Of a DNA stretch of 18,684 bases, positions 7,562 to 17,352 are shown one piece after another. The notes under the pieces are model-generated. The model did no database searches. It was not told the DNA's origin and was given only the letters and a program-made list of their open reading frames with translations. The first letter of the stretch is position 1, and the number at the start of each line of letters is the position of its first letter. The translations under genes and the position numbers were made by a program. Origin of the DNA: Abditibacteriaceae bacterium (GTDB lineage Bacteria > Armatimonadota > Abditibacteriia > Abditibacteriales > Abditibacteriaceae); assembly GCA_031372065.1 (NCBI GenBank), contig JANMKN010000242.1:1-18684 (forward strand), in the 5' to 3' direction.

Positions 7562-7656
7562 AGAATCTGTTTGCTAATGTCTTAATTGAGGGGGAGTAAG
7601 CGTTTTGTCGTTCTGAGCCTACCCAAAGGGACTTTTCAAGCAGATTCTCAGAACGA
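7562..7656. repeat. Two overlapping inverted-repeat pairs, possibly a decayed miniature element
   Basis: AGAATCTGTTTG (7562-7573) pairs with CAAGCAGATTCT (7637-7648) at 11/12. TCGTTCTGAG (7608-7617) pairs with CTCAGAACGA (7647-7656) at 10/10. Confidence 0.5.
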
Positions 7657-7688
7657 GTAAAGTTTCACCCCAACCACCGTCGTTGACG

Positions 7689-7709
7689 TGGCAACGAGGC
7701 TCGTTGCCA
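7689..7709 (-). terminator. Hairpin just after the last gene of the signalling operon; possible terminator or 3' stabiliser, no U-tract
   Basis: TGGCAACGA-GGC-TCGTTGCCA, a perfect 9-bp stem 14 nt past the stop at 7724. Confidence 0.35.
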
Positions 7710-7723
7710 GTAAAAAATCGTCA

Positions 7724-8860
7724 TTACTCTGCGATATTCGTGAGGGGAATGGTAAAAAGAAAGTCGCTGCCTTGCCCGACTATGCTTTCGACCCAGATTT
7801 TGCCGCCGTGCGCTTCGACGGCCAGGCGGCAAAAAGTCAGGCCCAAGCCCGATGAACTTTTGCGCCCGGTTTGACTGGATTCGGCCTGTCCCCATTTGTC
7901 GAAAATCTTCTCGCAGTCTTCGGGAGCGATGCCCGGCCCATTGTCCAACACGCTGAAAAGCACTTCGTTTTGCTGCGGTGCGGCGTTGACAACTAAAGCG
8001 CTGCCTGCCGGGCAGAATTTCAAGGAATTGCCGATGAGATTGACCAAAACGCGGCGCAATAAATCGGGGTCGGCAGAAAAAGAAGGCGTGTTCGCCGCGA
8101 TGGAATTAGCAATGGTGATGTTGCGATTGCGCGCCAAACCTTGCACTTGATTCAGGGCTTGTTCCAGCACCTCGTCGGCGCTGATGGTTTGCCGATTTAG
8201 TTCCATCGCGCCACTTTCGAGTCTTCCTACGTCAAGCAGTTCGCTGACCTGATTTATCATCTGGCGGCAACTGGACATACACATATCCAGCAGTTCGTTT
8301 TGCAACTCGTCCATTTTGCCGCGATAATTGGAAAGCAGAATGTCCAGCGAGGCCATAATCGCCGTGAGCGGCGTGCGCAAATCGTGAACAAGCATTTGCG
8401 AGAGCGAATCGCGCAAGCCTTCCGAGCGCTGCAAGGCAGCGTAGGCGTTTTCGAGTTCATCGCGGCCCCGTTTGGTGCGCACTAAGGTTTTAACGCGCGC
8501 CAAAACTTCAATTTCATCTACCGGCTTGGTGAGAAAATCATCGGCCCCGGCTTCCAAGGCTTGCACACGGTTTTGCGTGTCTTGCAGCGCTGTGACCATC
8601 ACAACCGGCAGGTGCGCCGAAAACGCTTCAGCTTTGAGGCGACGGCAAACTTCAAAACCGTCCATGCCGGGCATCATCACGTCCAAAAGCACCACATCCG
8701 GCGCGGTTTCGGGCACAAGTTTCAAGGCGTCCGGGCCGTTAGTGGCGGTAACAACGGTGTAACCTTCGATTTCCAAAATACTGGACAACAAACGCACATT
8801 GAGAGGTGTGTCGTCCACAATCAGAATATGGCCCAGCGAAGAATAAGGTTCGGTCAACAT
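7724..8860 (-). CDS. Hybrid histidine kinase, REC-HisKA-HATPase
   Basis: ILIVDD..LLDVMMP..VTA..TKP receiver; H box HDLRTPL; NLIGNSLKF, DNGPGI and GLGL boxes. Confidence 0.93.
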   Translation of the reverse strand: MLTEPYSSLGHILIVDDTPLNVRLLSSILEIEGYTVVTATNGPDALKLVPETAPDVVLLDVMMPGMDGFEVCRRLKAEAFSAHLPVVMVTALQDTQNRVQALEAGADDFLTKPVDEIEVLARVKTLVRTKRGRDELENAYAALQRSEGLRDSLSQMLVHDLRTPLTAIMASLDILLSNYRGKMDELQNELLDMCMSSCRQMINQVSELLDVGRLESGAMELNRQTISADEVLEQALNQVQGLARNRNITIANSIAANTPSFSADPDLLRRVLVNLIGNSLKFCPAGSALVVNAAPQQNEVLFSVLDNGPGIAPEDCEKIFDKWGQAESSQTGRKSSSGLGLTFCRLAVEAHGGKIWVESIVGQGSDFLFTIPLTNIAE

Positions 8861-8863
8861 AAG

Positions 8864-9271
8864 TTAATGAGCGCTGGCAGGCCGCAAAAATTGCGCGACA
8901 TCGCGTGCAAAAGTCGTTACATCAATGGGCTTGGTCATAAAACCATCGCAGCCCGCTGCTTTGGCTTCATCGCGTTCGTGTTTCATCGCCGAAGCGGTGA
9001 CAATAACAATGGGGATTTCGCGCGTTTCTGCCTCGGCGCGCAAAAGACGCGTGGCGGTTAAACCATTTATACCGGGCATATGCACATCCATGAGAATCAG
9101 GTCGGGCTGCTCACTTTTGGCAATGGCGACGACATCTGTGGCACTTGCTTCTTCGATCACCTCGGCGTCGGCCATTTGCAACACAAAACGCATCAGGCGC
9201 CGCGCGTCTTCGGTGTCTTCTATTAGAAAAATGCGTCGCCCGGCTAACGAGGTCGGCTGGTTATCTGTCAT
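8864..9271 (-). CDS. Single-domain response regulator (DivK/CheY-like)
   Basis: IFLIED..LILMDVHMP..VTASAM..GCDGFMTKPID; start overlaps the upstream stop (ATGA, 9268-9271). Confidence 0.93.
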   Translation of the reverse strand: MTDNQPTSLAGRRIFLIEDTEDARRLMRFVLQMADAEVIEEASATDVVAIAKSEQPDLILMDVHMPGINGLTATRLLRAEAETREIPIVIVTASAMKHERDEAKAAGCDGFMTKPIDVTTFARDVAQFLRPASAH

Positions 9272-10992
9272 GCTGCTTCCTCTGCTTTATCACTGTCGTT
9301 GCGCGCATATAAAGGCAAGCTGAAACAAAACGTGCTGCCTTCACCCACGACGCTTTGCAACCACAAACGTCCCCCATGTAATTCCACAATGCGCCGTGTC
9401 AAAGGCAAGCCCAATCCGGTGCCCTGATGCTGGCGCGCAAACGATAAATCGGCTTGTTCAAACGCTTGAAAAATACGCTCCTGATTTTCCGGCGCAACGC
9501 CGACACCAGTATCCTGCACGCTGACAAGACACGCATTTTGGTCGTCAGCGCGCCGCGCCCGCACGGTAATACTGCCACCTTCGGGCGTGAATTTCACTGC
9601 GTTAGACAGCAAATTGAACATCACCTGACGAATTTTGCGCTCATCTCCCTCAATAAAGTCTAATTCTTGAATTTCCGGCGCGACTTCGACGGTTAAGGTC
9701 AGATTTTGCGCTTTGGCTTTGTCGCGCACGATAGTCAGGCTTTGTTCGAGCAATTGCGAGAGCAAAAATTTACCGATGTCCAAAGTCATTTTACCGGCTT
9801 CGATTTTGGATAAATCCAGCAAATCGTTGATAACTTGCAGCAAATGATCGGCACTTTGCACCACATCGGTGACGCAGGAATGTTGGTCATCGTTGAGCGG
9901 CCCCAAGCGCGGATTGAGCAGCAATTTCGAAAATCCGAGAATGGCATTGAGCGGCGTGCGCAATTCATGGCTGACATTAGAAATAAATTCGCTCTTGGCG
10001 TGGTTGGCTTTTTCGGCGGTTTCGCGGGCGCGCTCGGCTTCATCTTTTGCCAACATCAGTGATGCTTCTGCTAACTTCAAATTGGTGATGTTGACCACGA
10101 AATAAATACCTTTTTCGCCGTTAGCCGAAAGTTCTTCATCCAAAGCAGCAACGCAACACAAAACCGGCACAGGGGCGCCGTTTTTATGGAGCAATTCTTT
10201 TTCGTAAGCCGCCGTGACGCCGCGTTTTTCCAGTTCGTGCAAGGCTTTGGCATCATCATCGCGATGGGCGGGCGGCGTCATTTTTTTCCAATTTAATTTG
10301 CCGCCTTGCAAGTCGGCCCGCGTGAAACCCAGCATTTGCAAAAACGCATCGTTGGCTTCGGTGATGCCGCCGCTTTCGTTCCAAAACGAGACGCCGAAAA
10401 TGTTCGCTTCTACCACGCGCCGAAAACGCGCTTCCGAGGCTGAGAGCGCCTCTAAATGACGCTGCTCGGCCTCGCGTTCGCGTTCTCTGGCGCGCACTGT
10501 TTGTTCGCGTTGTTCGCTGAGGCGCAAAAGCTCGCCCTGACGCCTAATTTCTTCGGTTTTTTGCCACAAATCCACGAAAACCGCCGCTTTGGAAAGCAAA
10601 ATTTGCGGATTATACGGTTTGGCAATGTAATCCACCGCGCCCGCCGAATAGCCTTGAAAAACGTATTCGTCTTGCGTGGAAAGCGCTGTCACGAAGATAA
10701 TCGGAATATGGCGGCTTTTTTCGCGGTCTTTGATGAGCGTAGCTGCTTCAAAGCCGTCCATGCCGGGCATTTGCACGTCCATTAAAATCAGTGCGATATC
10801 TCTCCTGAGTAGCACTTTTAGTGCTTCCAAACCCGAATTAGCCCGCACCAAATGGCAATTTAGCGGCGTGAGCAATGCTTCGAGCGCCAGCAAATTTTCT
10901 GGGCGATCATCCACAAGCAAAATGGTAGCGCGCAACGGCAACGGCTCCACTTGAAGACCAAATTGGGTTTCTTGAAAGGCGACTGATGGCAT
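9268..10992 (-). CDS. Hybrid histidine kinase, REC-coiled coil-PAS-HisKA-HATPase
   Basis: [21 protein letters not shown] receiver; PAS ([29 protein letters not shown]); [25 protein letters not shown] and GTGLGL. Confidence 0.93.
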   Translation of the reverse strand: MPSVAFQETQFGLQVEPLPLRATILLVDDRPENLLALEALLTPLNCHLVRANSGLEALKVLLRRDIALILMDVQMPGMDGFEAATLIKDREKSRHIPIIFVTALSTQDEYVFQGYSAGAVDYIAKPYNPQILLSKAAVFVDLWQKTEEIRRQGELLRLSEQREQTVRAREREREAEQRHLEALSASEARFRRVVEANIFGVSFWNESGGITEANDAFLQMLGFTRADLQGGKLNWKKMTPPAHRDDDAKALHELEKRGVTAAYEKELLHKNGAPVPVLCCVAALDEELSANGEKGIYFVVNITNLKLAEASLMLAKDEAERARETAEKANHAKSEFISNVSHELRTPLNAILGFSKLLLNPRLGPLNDDQHSCVTDVVQSADHLLQVINDLLDLSKIEAGKMTLDIGKFLLSQLLEQSLTIVRDKAKAQNLTLTVEVAPEIQELDFIEGDERKIRQVMFNLLSNAVKFTPEGGSITVRARRADDQNACLVSVQDTGVGVAPENQERIFQAFEQADLSFARQHQGTGLGLPLTRRIVELHGGRLWLQSVVGEGSTFCFSLPLYARNDSDKAEEAA

Positions 10993-10993
10993 A

Positions 10994-13900
10994 TTATTCC
11001 GCTTTTTCAGCTTCGTTTTTGCCGTCTAACAAGAGATCCATCAACGAAAGCAACGTTTCAATCTCAACCGGCTTGGTGATATATTCGCTGGCACCTGCTG
11101 CGAGACATTTTTCGCGATCACCGCTCAAGGCTTTGGCGGTCAAAGCGATAATCGGCAAATCGGCATAGTGAGACATGGCGCGGATAGCGCTCATCGTTTC
11201 GTAGCCGTCCATTTCCGGCATCATAACATCCATCAACACCAGTGAAATCTCCTCGTTTTGTTGGAGTTTTTCGATGCCGTCGCGCCCGTTTTCCGCAAAA
11301 ATGACCGTCAGACCGTTATCTTCCAAAACACTGGTCAACGCGAAGATATTGCGCATATCATCGTCCACCAGCAAAATTGTGTGGCCCGACCCTTTCAAAT
11401 TAGCCAGCGACGAGGCTGAATCCCCGATTTGGGTGCGGTTTACAGAGGTAACTGGGGCCGGTTTTGCTTTGGCTTTGCCTTTTTTGCGGCTACTACGCGT
11501 CGCGGATGCGGCGCCACGGGCGATTTGTTGAGATTCTTCATTCTGTGGCGCTGCGGCGTCAGGCATGAGCGATTCGGCATCGCTCGGTTCTTTCATAATG
11601 CGATGCAGAAACATTGAGGTTTCTTCGAGCAAACGCTCGGCGCTGCCCGCACTTTTGTTGATAATAGCCACCGCGTATTTTTTGAGTTGCGTTTCTTCAC
11701 GGTGCGTTAAATCTTTGCTGGTGTAAATCAAAACCGGCAAATCGCGAAATTGCTCTTGCGTTTTGATGCGGCGCAGCAGTTCCAAACCTTCCATGTCCGG
11801 CAAGCCGAGGTCAAGAATCACGCAATCGAAAGGTTGGGCATCGCGCGGAAAGGCAAGTTGGGTCAAACCTTCTTCGCCGGTGGCGACAGCAGTGGTTTGC
11901 ACGTCCATAGAAGCCAGCAATTCTACTACGCCCTGTCGCTGCGCTTCGTCGTCTTCAACCAAAAGCAAATTGCGCACATCACGCGAAATATATTGCTTAA
12001 TATGCTGCAACGCGCCTTCGACAGCCTCGCGGCTGACCGGCTTTTCGAGATAGGCAATGGCGCTGGCAATCGAACCGCGATTGCGATTGACAACCGAAAT
12101 GACATGGACCGGAATGTGTCGTGTTTGCGGGTCACGCTTTAGTTGATCCAAAACTGTCCATCCGTCAATCACGGGCATTTTCAAGTCGAGCGTGATGGCC
12201 GATGGATGATATTCGCGTGCCAAGGCCAAACCTCTGTCGCCTTGCAGCGCCACGATGCCTTTAAAGCCTTGACCGCGCGCCGTTTCCAGCAAAATCTGCG
12301 CGAAAGTTGGGTCGTCTTCCATGATGAGCAAAACGTGATCGCCATCTACAATTTCGTCGCGGTCATCGGCCACCAAAGTTTGGCGCTCTTGGGAAAACGG
12401 CGGCAAAACTCTCTGCGTTGCGTGTTCGTTGTTTTCTTCCTCCATCAAATCGTCGTCGGTCATAACAGGAATCGCGGCGTGAAAATCCACTGGCAAGATC
12501 AGCGTGAAAACGCTGCCCTGACCGGGCGCGCTTTCGACTTCGATATGCCCGCCCAAAAGCCGCGTAATCTCGCGCGAAATGGACAATCCGAGGCCTGTGC
12601 CGCCGAACTTGCGACTGGTGGTGCCATCGGCTTGTTGGAACGATTCGAAGATCAGTCTTTGCTTGTCATGTGGGATGCCGATGCCGGTATCGCGCACCGC
12701 AAAAGCGATTTCGTTGTTCGGGCGCGATGAAATTTCCAGTGCCACACTGCCTTCTGAAGTGAACTTAAAAGCGTTAGATAGCAAGTTCTTCAAAACCTGC
12801 TGCAAGCGCATCACATCGGTTTCCAAAGTTGGCGGCGTTTGCGGGTTAATCACGACATCGAAATCAAGATTCTTTTGTTCGGCCATATGGTCAAACGTGC
12901 GCTCGATAAAGATGCTGACGTCCCCTAAAGCAACATCTGTGATGGAAATTTCCATCTTACCGGCTTCGACTTTGGACAAGTCTAAAATGTCGTTGATAAG
13001 GTTCAACAAATCATGGCCTGAACTGTGAATAGTCGCGGCAAATTCGACTTGCTTCAGCGATAAATTGCCCTCGCTGTTATCGGACAGCAGCTTGGCTAAA
13101 ATCAGCATCGAATTGAGCGGCGTGCGCAATTCGTGGCTCATGTTGGCTAAAAATTCCGACTTATATTTGCTGGAAATCGCCAGTTGTTCGGCTTTTTCTT
13201 CGAGTTGCGTGCGCGCCAGTTCGACTTCGCGGTTTTTTTGTTCGACGCGCTGATTTTGCACTTCGAGCAGCGTCGCTTTTTCTTCGAGTTCTTTGGCTTG
13301 TGCTTCCAATTCGATGTTGGTGCGCTTGAGTAAATCTTGCTGTGCTTGCAATTCCTGCGACTGGCTTTGCAAATCCTGCGTCAGCGACTGCGATTGTTCG
13401 AGCAATTCCTCGGTGCGCATATTGGCTTGAATCATGTTGATGACCACGCCAATGCTTTCGGCCAGTTGATCAAGGAATGTGCGGTGAATTTCTGAAAACA
13501 ATTGGAACGACGCCAGTTCGATAACGGCCATAATTTCGCCCTCAAAGAGAATCGGCAGCACGATTATCGAAAGCGGCGACGCTTGTCCCAGGCCGGACGA
13601 AATTTGAATGTAATCGCCGGGCACGTTGGTGAGGACAATGCTTTTCTTTTCCAGCGCACATTGACCGATTAAACCTTCGCCTTCGCGGAAACGGTTCGCC
13701 AAATTTTTGCGCTCTTGGAAGCCATAAGACGAGAGCAATTTCAACAGTGGTTCTTTGCGCACCGCGTCTTCGGGTTCATTGATATAAAACACACCGTGAT
13801 GGGCTTGAACCAGTGGCGTGACTTCGGACATAATTAGCCGCGCCACCGATTGCAAACTTTTCTGGCCTTGCATCATGCGCGAAAAACGCGCGAGGTTGGT

Positions 13901-16378
13901 TTTTAGGAAGTCTTGTTCTTGGTTTTTCTGTGTTGTCTCGCGCAGATTGTCAATCATCTGGTTGAGATTATTTTTCAGCGCGTCCACTTCGCCTTGCGCT
14001 TCAACGCGAATGGTGCGCGTTAAGTCGCCTTCGGTCACGGCTGTCGCCACATCGGAAATGGCGCGCACCTGAACCGTGAGCGAGTTCGCCATGAAGTTCA
14101 CGTTATCGGTCAGGTCTTTCCATGTGCCCGCCACGTTCGGCACGTTCGCTTGGCCGCCGAGCTTGCCTTCGGTGCCCACTTCGCCTGCCACACGCGTTAC
14201 TTCGGCGGCAAACGAGTTCAATTGATCCACCATCGTGTTGACAGTGTTTTTCAATTCCAAAATTTCGCCGCGCGCATCAACCGTGATTTTCTTCGATAAA
14301 TCGCCGTTCGCCACCGCCGTTGTCACAAGGGCAATGTTACGCACCTGATCGGTCAGGTTAGTCGCCATTAGGTTGACGTTATCGGTGAGGTCTTTCCATG
14401 TGCCGGACACACCACGCACTTCGGCTTGGCCGCCCAAAATGCCTTCGGTGCCGACTTCTTTCGCCACGCGCGTTACTTCGCCCGCGAACGAGTTCAATTG
14501 ATCCACCATCGTGTTAATGGTGTTTTTCAATTCGAGAATTTCACCTTTCACATCAACTGTGATTTTCTGCGATAAATCGCCATTCGCCACCGCTGTTGTC
14601 ACCAGCGCAATGTTGCGCACTTGTGATGTAAGATTTGAAGCGAGTCTGTTGACGTTATCGGTGAGGTCTTTCCAAGTGCCAGCCACGCCGCGCACTTCGG
14701 CTTGGCCGCCCAGTTTGCCTTCGGTGCCCACTTCGCGCGCTACGCGCGTCACTTCGGCGGCAAACGAGTTCAATTGATCCACCATCGTGTTGACAGTGTT
14801 TTTTACTTCCAAAATTTCGCCGCGCGCATCAACGGTAATTTTCTTGGATAAATCGCCGTTCGCCACCGCCGTTGTCACAAGGGCAATGTTACGCACCTGA
14901 TCGGTCAGGTTATTCGCCATAAAGTTGACGTTATCGGTGAGGTCTTTCCATGTGCCAGCGGCGTTCGGCACGTCGGCTTGGCCGCCCAGCTTGCCTTCGG
15001 TGCCCACTTCGCGCGCCACTGTGGTTACTTGTTCGGCAAAAATCGAAAGCGTTTCGGTCATGCCATTGATGGTATCGGCTAACGCAGCCACTTCGCCTTT
15101 AGCTTCGACGAATAATTTTTGTGACAAATCGCCGTCCGCCACCGCCGTCACGACTTTGGCGATGCCGCGCACCTGCGTTGTCAGGTTGCGCGCCATGAAG
15201 TTGACGTTATCGGTCAGGTCTTTCCAAGTGCCGGACACATCGCGCACATCGGCTTGGCCGCCCAAAATACCTTCGGTGCCTACTTCTTTGGCGACACGTG
15301 TTACTTCGCCCGCGAAGGTGCCAAGGCTGTCCACCATGCGGTTAATCACGTCTTTGATTTGCAGAATTTCGCCTTTGACATCAACAGTAATCTTCTGCGT
15401 GAGGTCGCCGTTGGCGATGGCCGTCGCCACTTTCGATACGTCGCGCAGCTGCACTGTTAAATTGGAAGCCAAACTGTTGACGTTATCGGTTAAATCTTTC
15501 CAAGTGCCGGACACGCCGCGCACTTCAGCTTGGCCGCCCAAACGCCCCTCGGTGCCGACTTCTTTGGCTACACGCGTTACTTCAGCGGCGAACGAATTCA
15601 ATTGATCTACCATCACGTTGACGGTGTTTTTCAATTCCAAAATTTCGCCGCGCGCGTCAACCGTGATTTTCTGCGAAAGGTCACCATTCGCCACCGCCGT
15701 TGTCACGAGGGCAATGTTGCGCACCTGATTGGTCAGATTGCTCGCCAAACCGTTGACGTTATCGGTGAGGTCTTTCCAAGTGCCGGACACGCCGCGCACT
15801 TCGGCTTGGCCGCCCAAAATGCCTTCGGTGCCGACTTCTTTGGCCACGCGCGTCACTTCGCCCGCGAAGCTGGAAAGTTGGTCAACCATTGTGTTCACCG
15901 TGGTGCCGATGCGCAAAAATTCGCCTTTGACTGGCAAACCTTCAATTTCCAGCGCCATCTTTTGCGATAAATCGCCTTCGGCCACAGCGGTAATCACGCG
16001 CGAAACTTCAGTGGTGGGGCGTGCCAGATCGGAAATCAAAGCGTTAATCGAGTTAATCGAAGCGCCCCACGAGCCTCTGGCATCGGGTAGGGAAGCGCGC
16101 TCGTTCATGCGGCCTTCGCTGCCGACAGTGCGCGCCACGCGTTCGATTTCGCCCGCCATGTTTTGATTTAACGTCACGACATCGTTGAAAGCGCGATACA
16201 ATTCAAATAATTGCTCGCTCGAACGCCGGTCAACAGGCGCATCCAAGCGCACAGAAAAATCGCCATCTTTCGCGGCGCGGAGCGCATCAAGCAACGGTTT
16301 TAATTGCTCAGCGCTGTAAACCGTTGCGCTGGTTGAAGAAACGGATGCTGCGGAAGCATTGGATAAATCGTTGGACAT
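10994..16378 (-). CDS. Soluble poly-HAMP hybrid histidine kinase (HAMP array-GAF-HisKA-HATPase-3xREC), of the OsaA / fungal group III HK array type
   Basis: Seven [21 protein letters not shown] 92-aa units plus a divergent N-terminal unit, [28 protein letters not shown], and three receivers each with the acceptor Asp. ATG at 16378 with GAGG just upstream is preferred over the TTG at 16408. Confidence 0.93.
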   Translation of the reverse strand: MSNDLSNASAASVSSTSATVYSAEQLKPLLDALRAAKDGDFSVRLDAPVDRRSSEQLFELYRAFNDVVTLNQNMAGEIERVARTVGSEGRMNERASLPDARGSWGASINSINALISDLARPTTEVSRVITAVAEGDLSQKMALEIEGLPVKGEFLRIGTTVNTMVDQLSSFAGEVTRVAKEVGTEGILGGQAEVRGVSGTWKDLTDNVNGLASNLTNQVRNIALVTTAVANGDLSQKITVDARGEILELKNTVNVMVDQLNSFAAEVTRVAKEVGTEGRLGGQAEVRGVSGTWKDLTDNVNSLASNLTVQLRDVSKVATAIANGDLTQKITVDVKGEILQIKDVINRMVDSLGTFAGEVTRVAKEVGTEGILGGQADVRDVSGTWKDLTDNVNFMARNLTTQVRGIAKVVTAVADGDLSQKLFVEAKGEVAALADTINGMTETLSIFAEQVTTVAREVGTEGKLGGQADVPNAAGTWKDLTDNVNFMANNLTDQVRNIALVTTAVANGDLSKKITVDARGEILEVKNTVNTMVDQLNSFAAEVTRVAREVGTEGKLGGQAEVRGVAGTWKDLTDNVNRLASNLTSQVRNIALVTTAVANGDLSQKITVDVKGEILELKNTINTMVDQLNSFAGEVTRVAKEVGTEGILGGQAEVRGVSGTWKDLTDNVNLMATNLTDQVRNIALVTTAVANGDLSKKITVDARGEILELKNTVNTMVDQLNSFAAEVTRVAGEVGTEGKLGGQANVPNVAGTWKDLTDNVNFMANSLTVQVRAISDVATAVTEGDLTRTIRVEAQGEVDALKNNLNQMIDNLRETTQKNQEQDFLKTNLARFSRMMQGQKSLQSVARLIMSEVTPLVQAHHGVFYINEPEDAVRKEPLLKLLSSYGFQERKNLANRFREGEGLIGQCALEKKSIVLTNVPGDYIQISSGLGQASPLSIIVLPILFEGEIMAVIELASFQLFSEIHRTFLDQLAESIGVVINMIQANMRTEELLEQSQSLTQDLQSQSQELQAQQDLLKRTNIELEAQAKELEEKATLLEVQNQRVEQKNREVELARTQLEEKAEQLAISSKYKSEFLANMSHELRTPLNSMLILAKLLSDNSEGNLSLKQVEFAATIHSSGHDLLNLINDILDLSKVEAGKMEISITDVALGDVSIFIERTFDHMAEQKNLDFDVVINPQTPPTLETDVMRLQQVLKNLLSNAFKFTSEGSVALEISSRPNNEIAFAVRDTGIGIPHDKQRLIFESFQQADGTTSRKFGGTGLGLSISREITRLLGGHIEVESAPGQGSVFTLILPVDFHAAIPVMTDDDLMEEENNEHATQRVLPPFSQERQTLVADDRDEIVDGDHVLLIMEDDPTFAQILLETARGQGFKGIVALQGDRGLALAREYHPSAITLDLKMPVIDGWTVLDQLKRDPQTRHIPVHVISVVNRNRGSIASAIAYLEKPVSREAVEGALQHIKQYISRDVRNLLLVEDDEAQRQGVVELLASMDVQTTAVATGEEGLTQLAFPRDAQPFDCVILDLGLPDMEGLELLRRIKTQEQFRDLPVLIYTSKDLTHREETQLKKYAVAIINKSAGSAERLLEETSMFLHRIMKEPSDAESLMPDAAAPQNEESQQIARGAASATRSSRKKGKAKAKPAPVTSVNRTQIGDSASSLANLKGSGHTILLVDDDMRNIFALTSVLEDNGLTVIFAENGRDGIEKLQQNEEISLVLMDVMMPEMDGYETMSAIRAMSHYADLPIIALTAKALSGDREKCLAAGASEYITKPVEIETLLSLMDLLLDGKNEAEKAE
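13950..15880 (-). repeat. 276-bp coding tandem repeat (HAMP array)
   Basis: GTTATCGGT anchor at 14102, 14378, 14654, 14930, 15206, 15482 and 15758, an exact 276-nt period. Confidence 0.95.
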
Positions 16379-16406
16379 AAAAACCTCTGTGTGACAGACA
16401 CTTTTC

Positions 16407-16440
16407 AAGAAAGAAAGGGACGACCCGATGGATCGCCCCT
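16407..16440 (-). terminator. Intrinsic terminator-like hairpin in the leader of the poly-HAMP kinase operon
   Basis: The minus strand reads AGGGGCGATCC-ATC-GGGTCGTCCCT-TTCTTTCTT: an 11-bp stem with two G-U pairs, then a U-rich tail. Confidence 0.6.
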
Positions 16441-16722
16441 TCTTAATGAAACAGACAGTTCAATTTTAGACAAATCCAGATTCTTTTGTCTCGCAAAAAG
16501 AAACGCTGCCCAAAATTAGTTGGCAAATTTCATCTTCAATTAAGGATAAAACTTACGGCCACGCGTTGCGCGCTGTCTGCCTGCTACTTATTTTAACGCC
16601 GTGAGTGACACGCAGACATAGGATGACCAGAGCAATCGCCTGAGAAATTTCTGGGTAATTAGGTAAGAGAACAAGGCGGATTTCGTTGTGCGGAAGCCAA
16701 AAAGGGCATTTTAAGCGCAAAA

Positions 16723-16941
16723 GTCGGTTTTTTTATCGTCCCCCGCTTCGGTTTCGCTAAAAAAACCGTCGTTGGGACGAAACCGAGACGGGGGACGCCA
16801 AAAAAACCGTCGTTGCGATGAAACCGAGACGAGGGACGGTAAAAAAACCGTCGTTGAGACGAAACCGAAGTGGGGGAGGGTGTAACGACGGTTTTTTTAA
16901 CGCCATCCGCGTGGACGGAGCCAAAAAAACCTCGTTGCGAC
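16723..16941. repeat. 41-bp tandem array with inverted partial units
   Basis: AAAAAAACCGTCGTTG.GA.GAAACCGA... at 16759, 16800 and 16841, a partial unit at 16923, and reverse-complement pieces at 16723-16757 and 16884-16898. Confidence 0.9.
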
Positions 16942-16976
16942 AAGATTTACATGGATGAGGGTAAAGGTTTCTGATG

Positions 16977-17172
16977 TAAGTAGGTGGACAGAATTCGTTG
17001 AAAGATAGTATGTCATTCTGAGGTGAGCCGGGTGCCCGCTTGCGGGCGGCAGCCGAAGAATCCCCTTGACTATGCGGGGACTATGGGGGATTCTTCCGGG
17101 CGTCCTGCCCAAAGGGCACCCGACGCCGTTCAGAATGACAACAAGCTCCACTTAATTCTGTCCGCCTACTTA
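16977..17172. mobile_element. MITE-like element with 19-bp terminal inverted repeats that begin and end in TA
   Basis: TAAGTAGGTGGACAGAATT (16977-16995) versus AATTCTGTCCGCCTACTTA (17154-17172), 18/19 complementary; no coding capacity between them. Confidence 0.65.
17011..17140. repeat. TGTC-ended palindromic REP-like element nested in the MITE-like element
   Basis: TGTCATTCTGA/TCAGAATGACA ends, inner pairs CGGGTGCCC/GGGCACCCG and GAAGAATCCCC/GGGGATTCTTC, plus small internal hairpins. Confidence 0.8.
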
Positions 17173-17180
17173 TCATTTTG

Positions 17181-17232
17181 TGTAATAGATTTTCTGTAAT
17201 AGATTTTTGGCAAGAGGAATATGGCTCTTGCC
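17181..17232. promoter_or_regulatory. Direct repeat plus inverted repeat, possible protein-binding site
   Basis: TGTAATAGATTTT at 17181 and 17195; GGCAAGAG-N8-CTCTTGCC at 17209-17232. Confidence 0.3.
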
Positions 17233-17352
17233 TCATAAAAACGACATCTTTGTGGAATCGGCAGAAAGCAGGCGGTGCTATTGCATCTTGACTCAAACTT
17301 CTGGCAGTTGAATCTGATGGCAAAACGCCGCCCACTACTTCTTGAAGCGGCC

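Noticed and set aside
14511..16166. Long + strand ORFs with repeated TSAWPP motifs
   Set aside because: Antisense shadows of the HAMP array.
16379..16408. Extended TTG start for the poly-HAMP kinase
   Set aside because: ATG 16378 has a GAGG RBS; the TTG abuts the terminator-like tail and has no RBS.
16759..16941. CRISPR array
   Set aside because: The units are similar along their whole length with no unique spacers, some pieces are inverted, and no cas genes are in the window.
16659..17335. Three short minus-strand ORFs in the intergenic region
   Set aside because: They are largely read-throughs of repeat elements and have no protein-like features.
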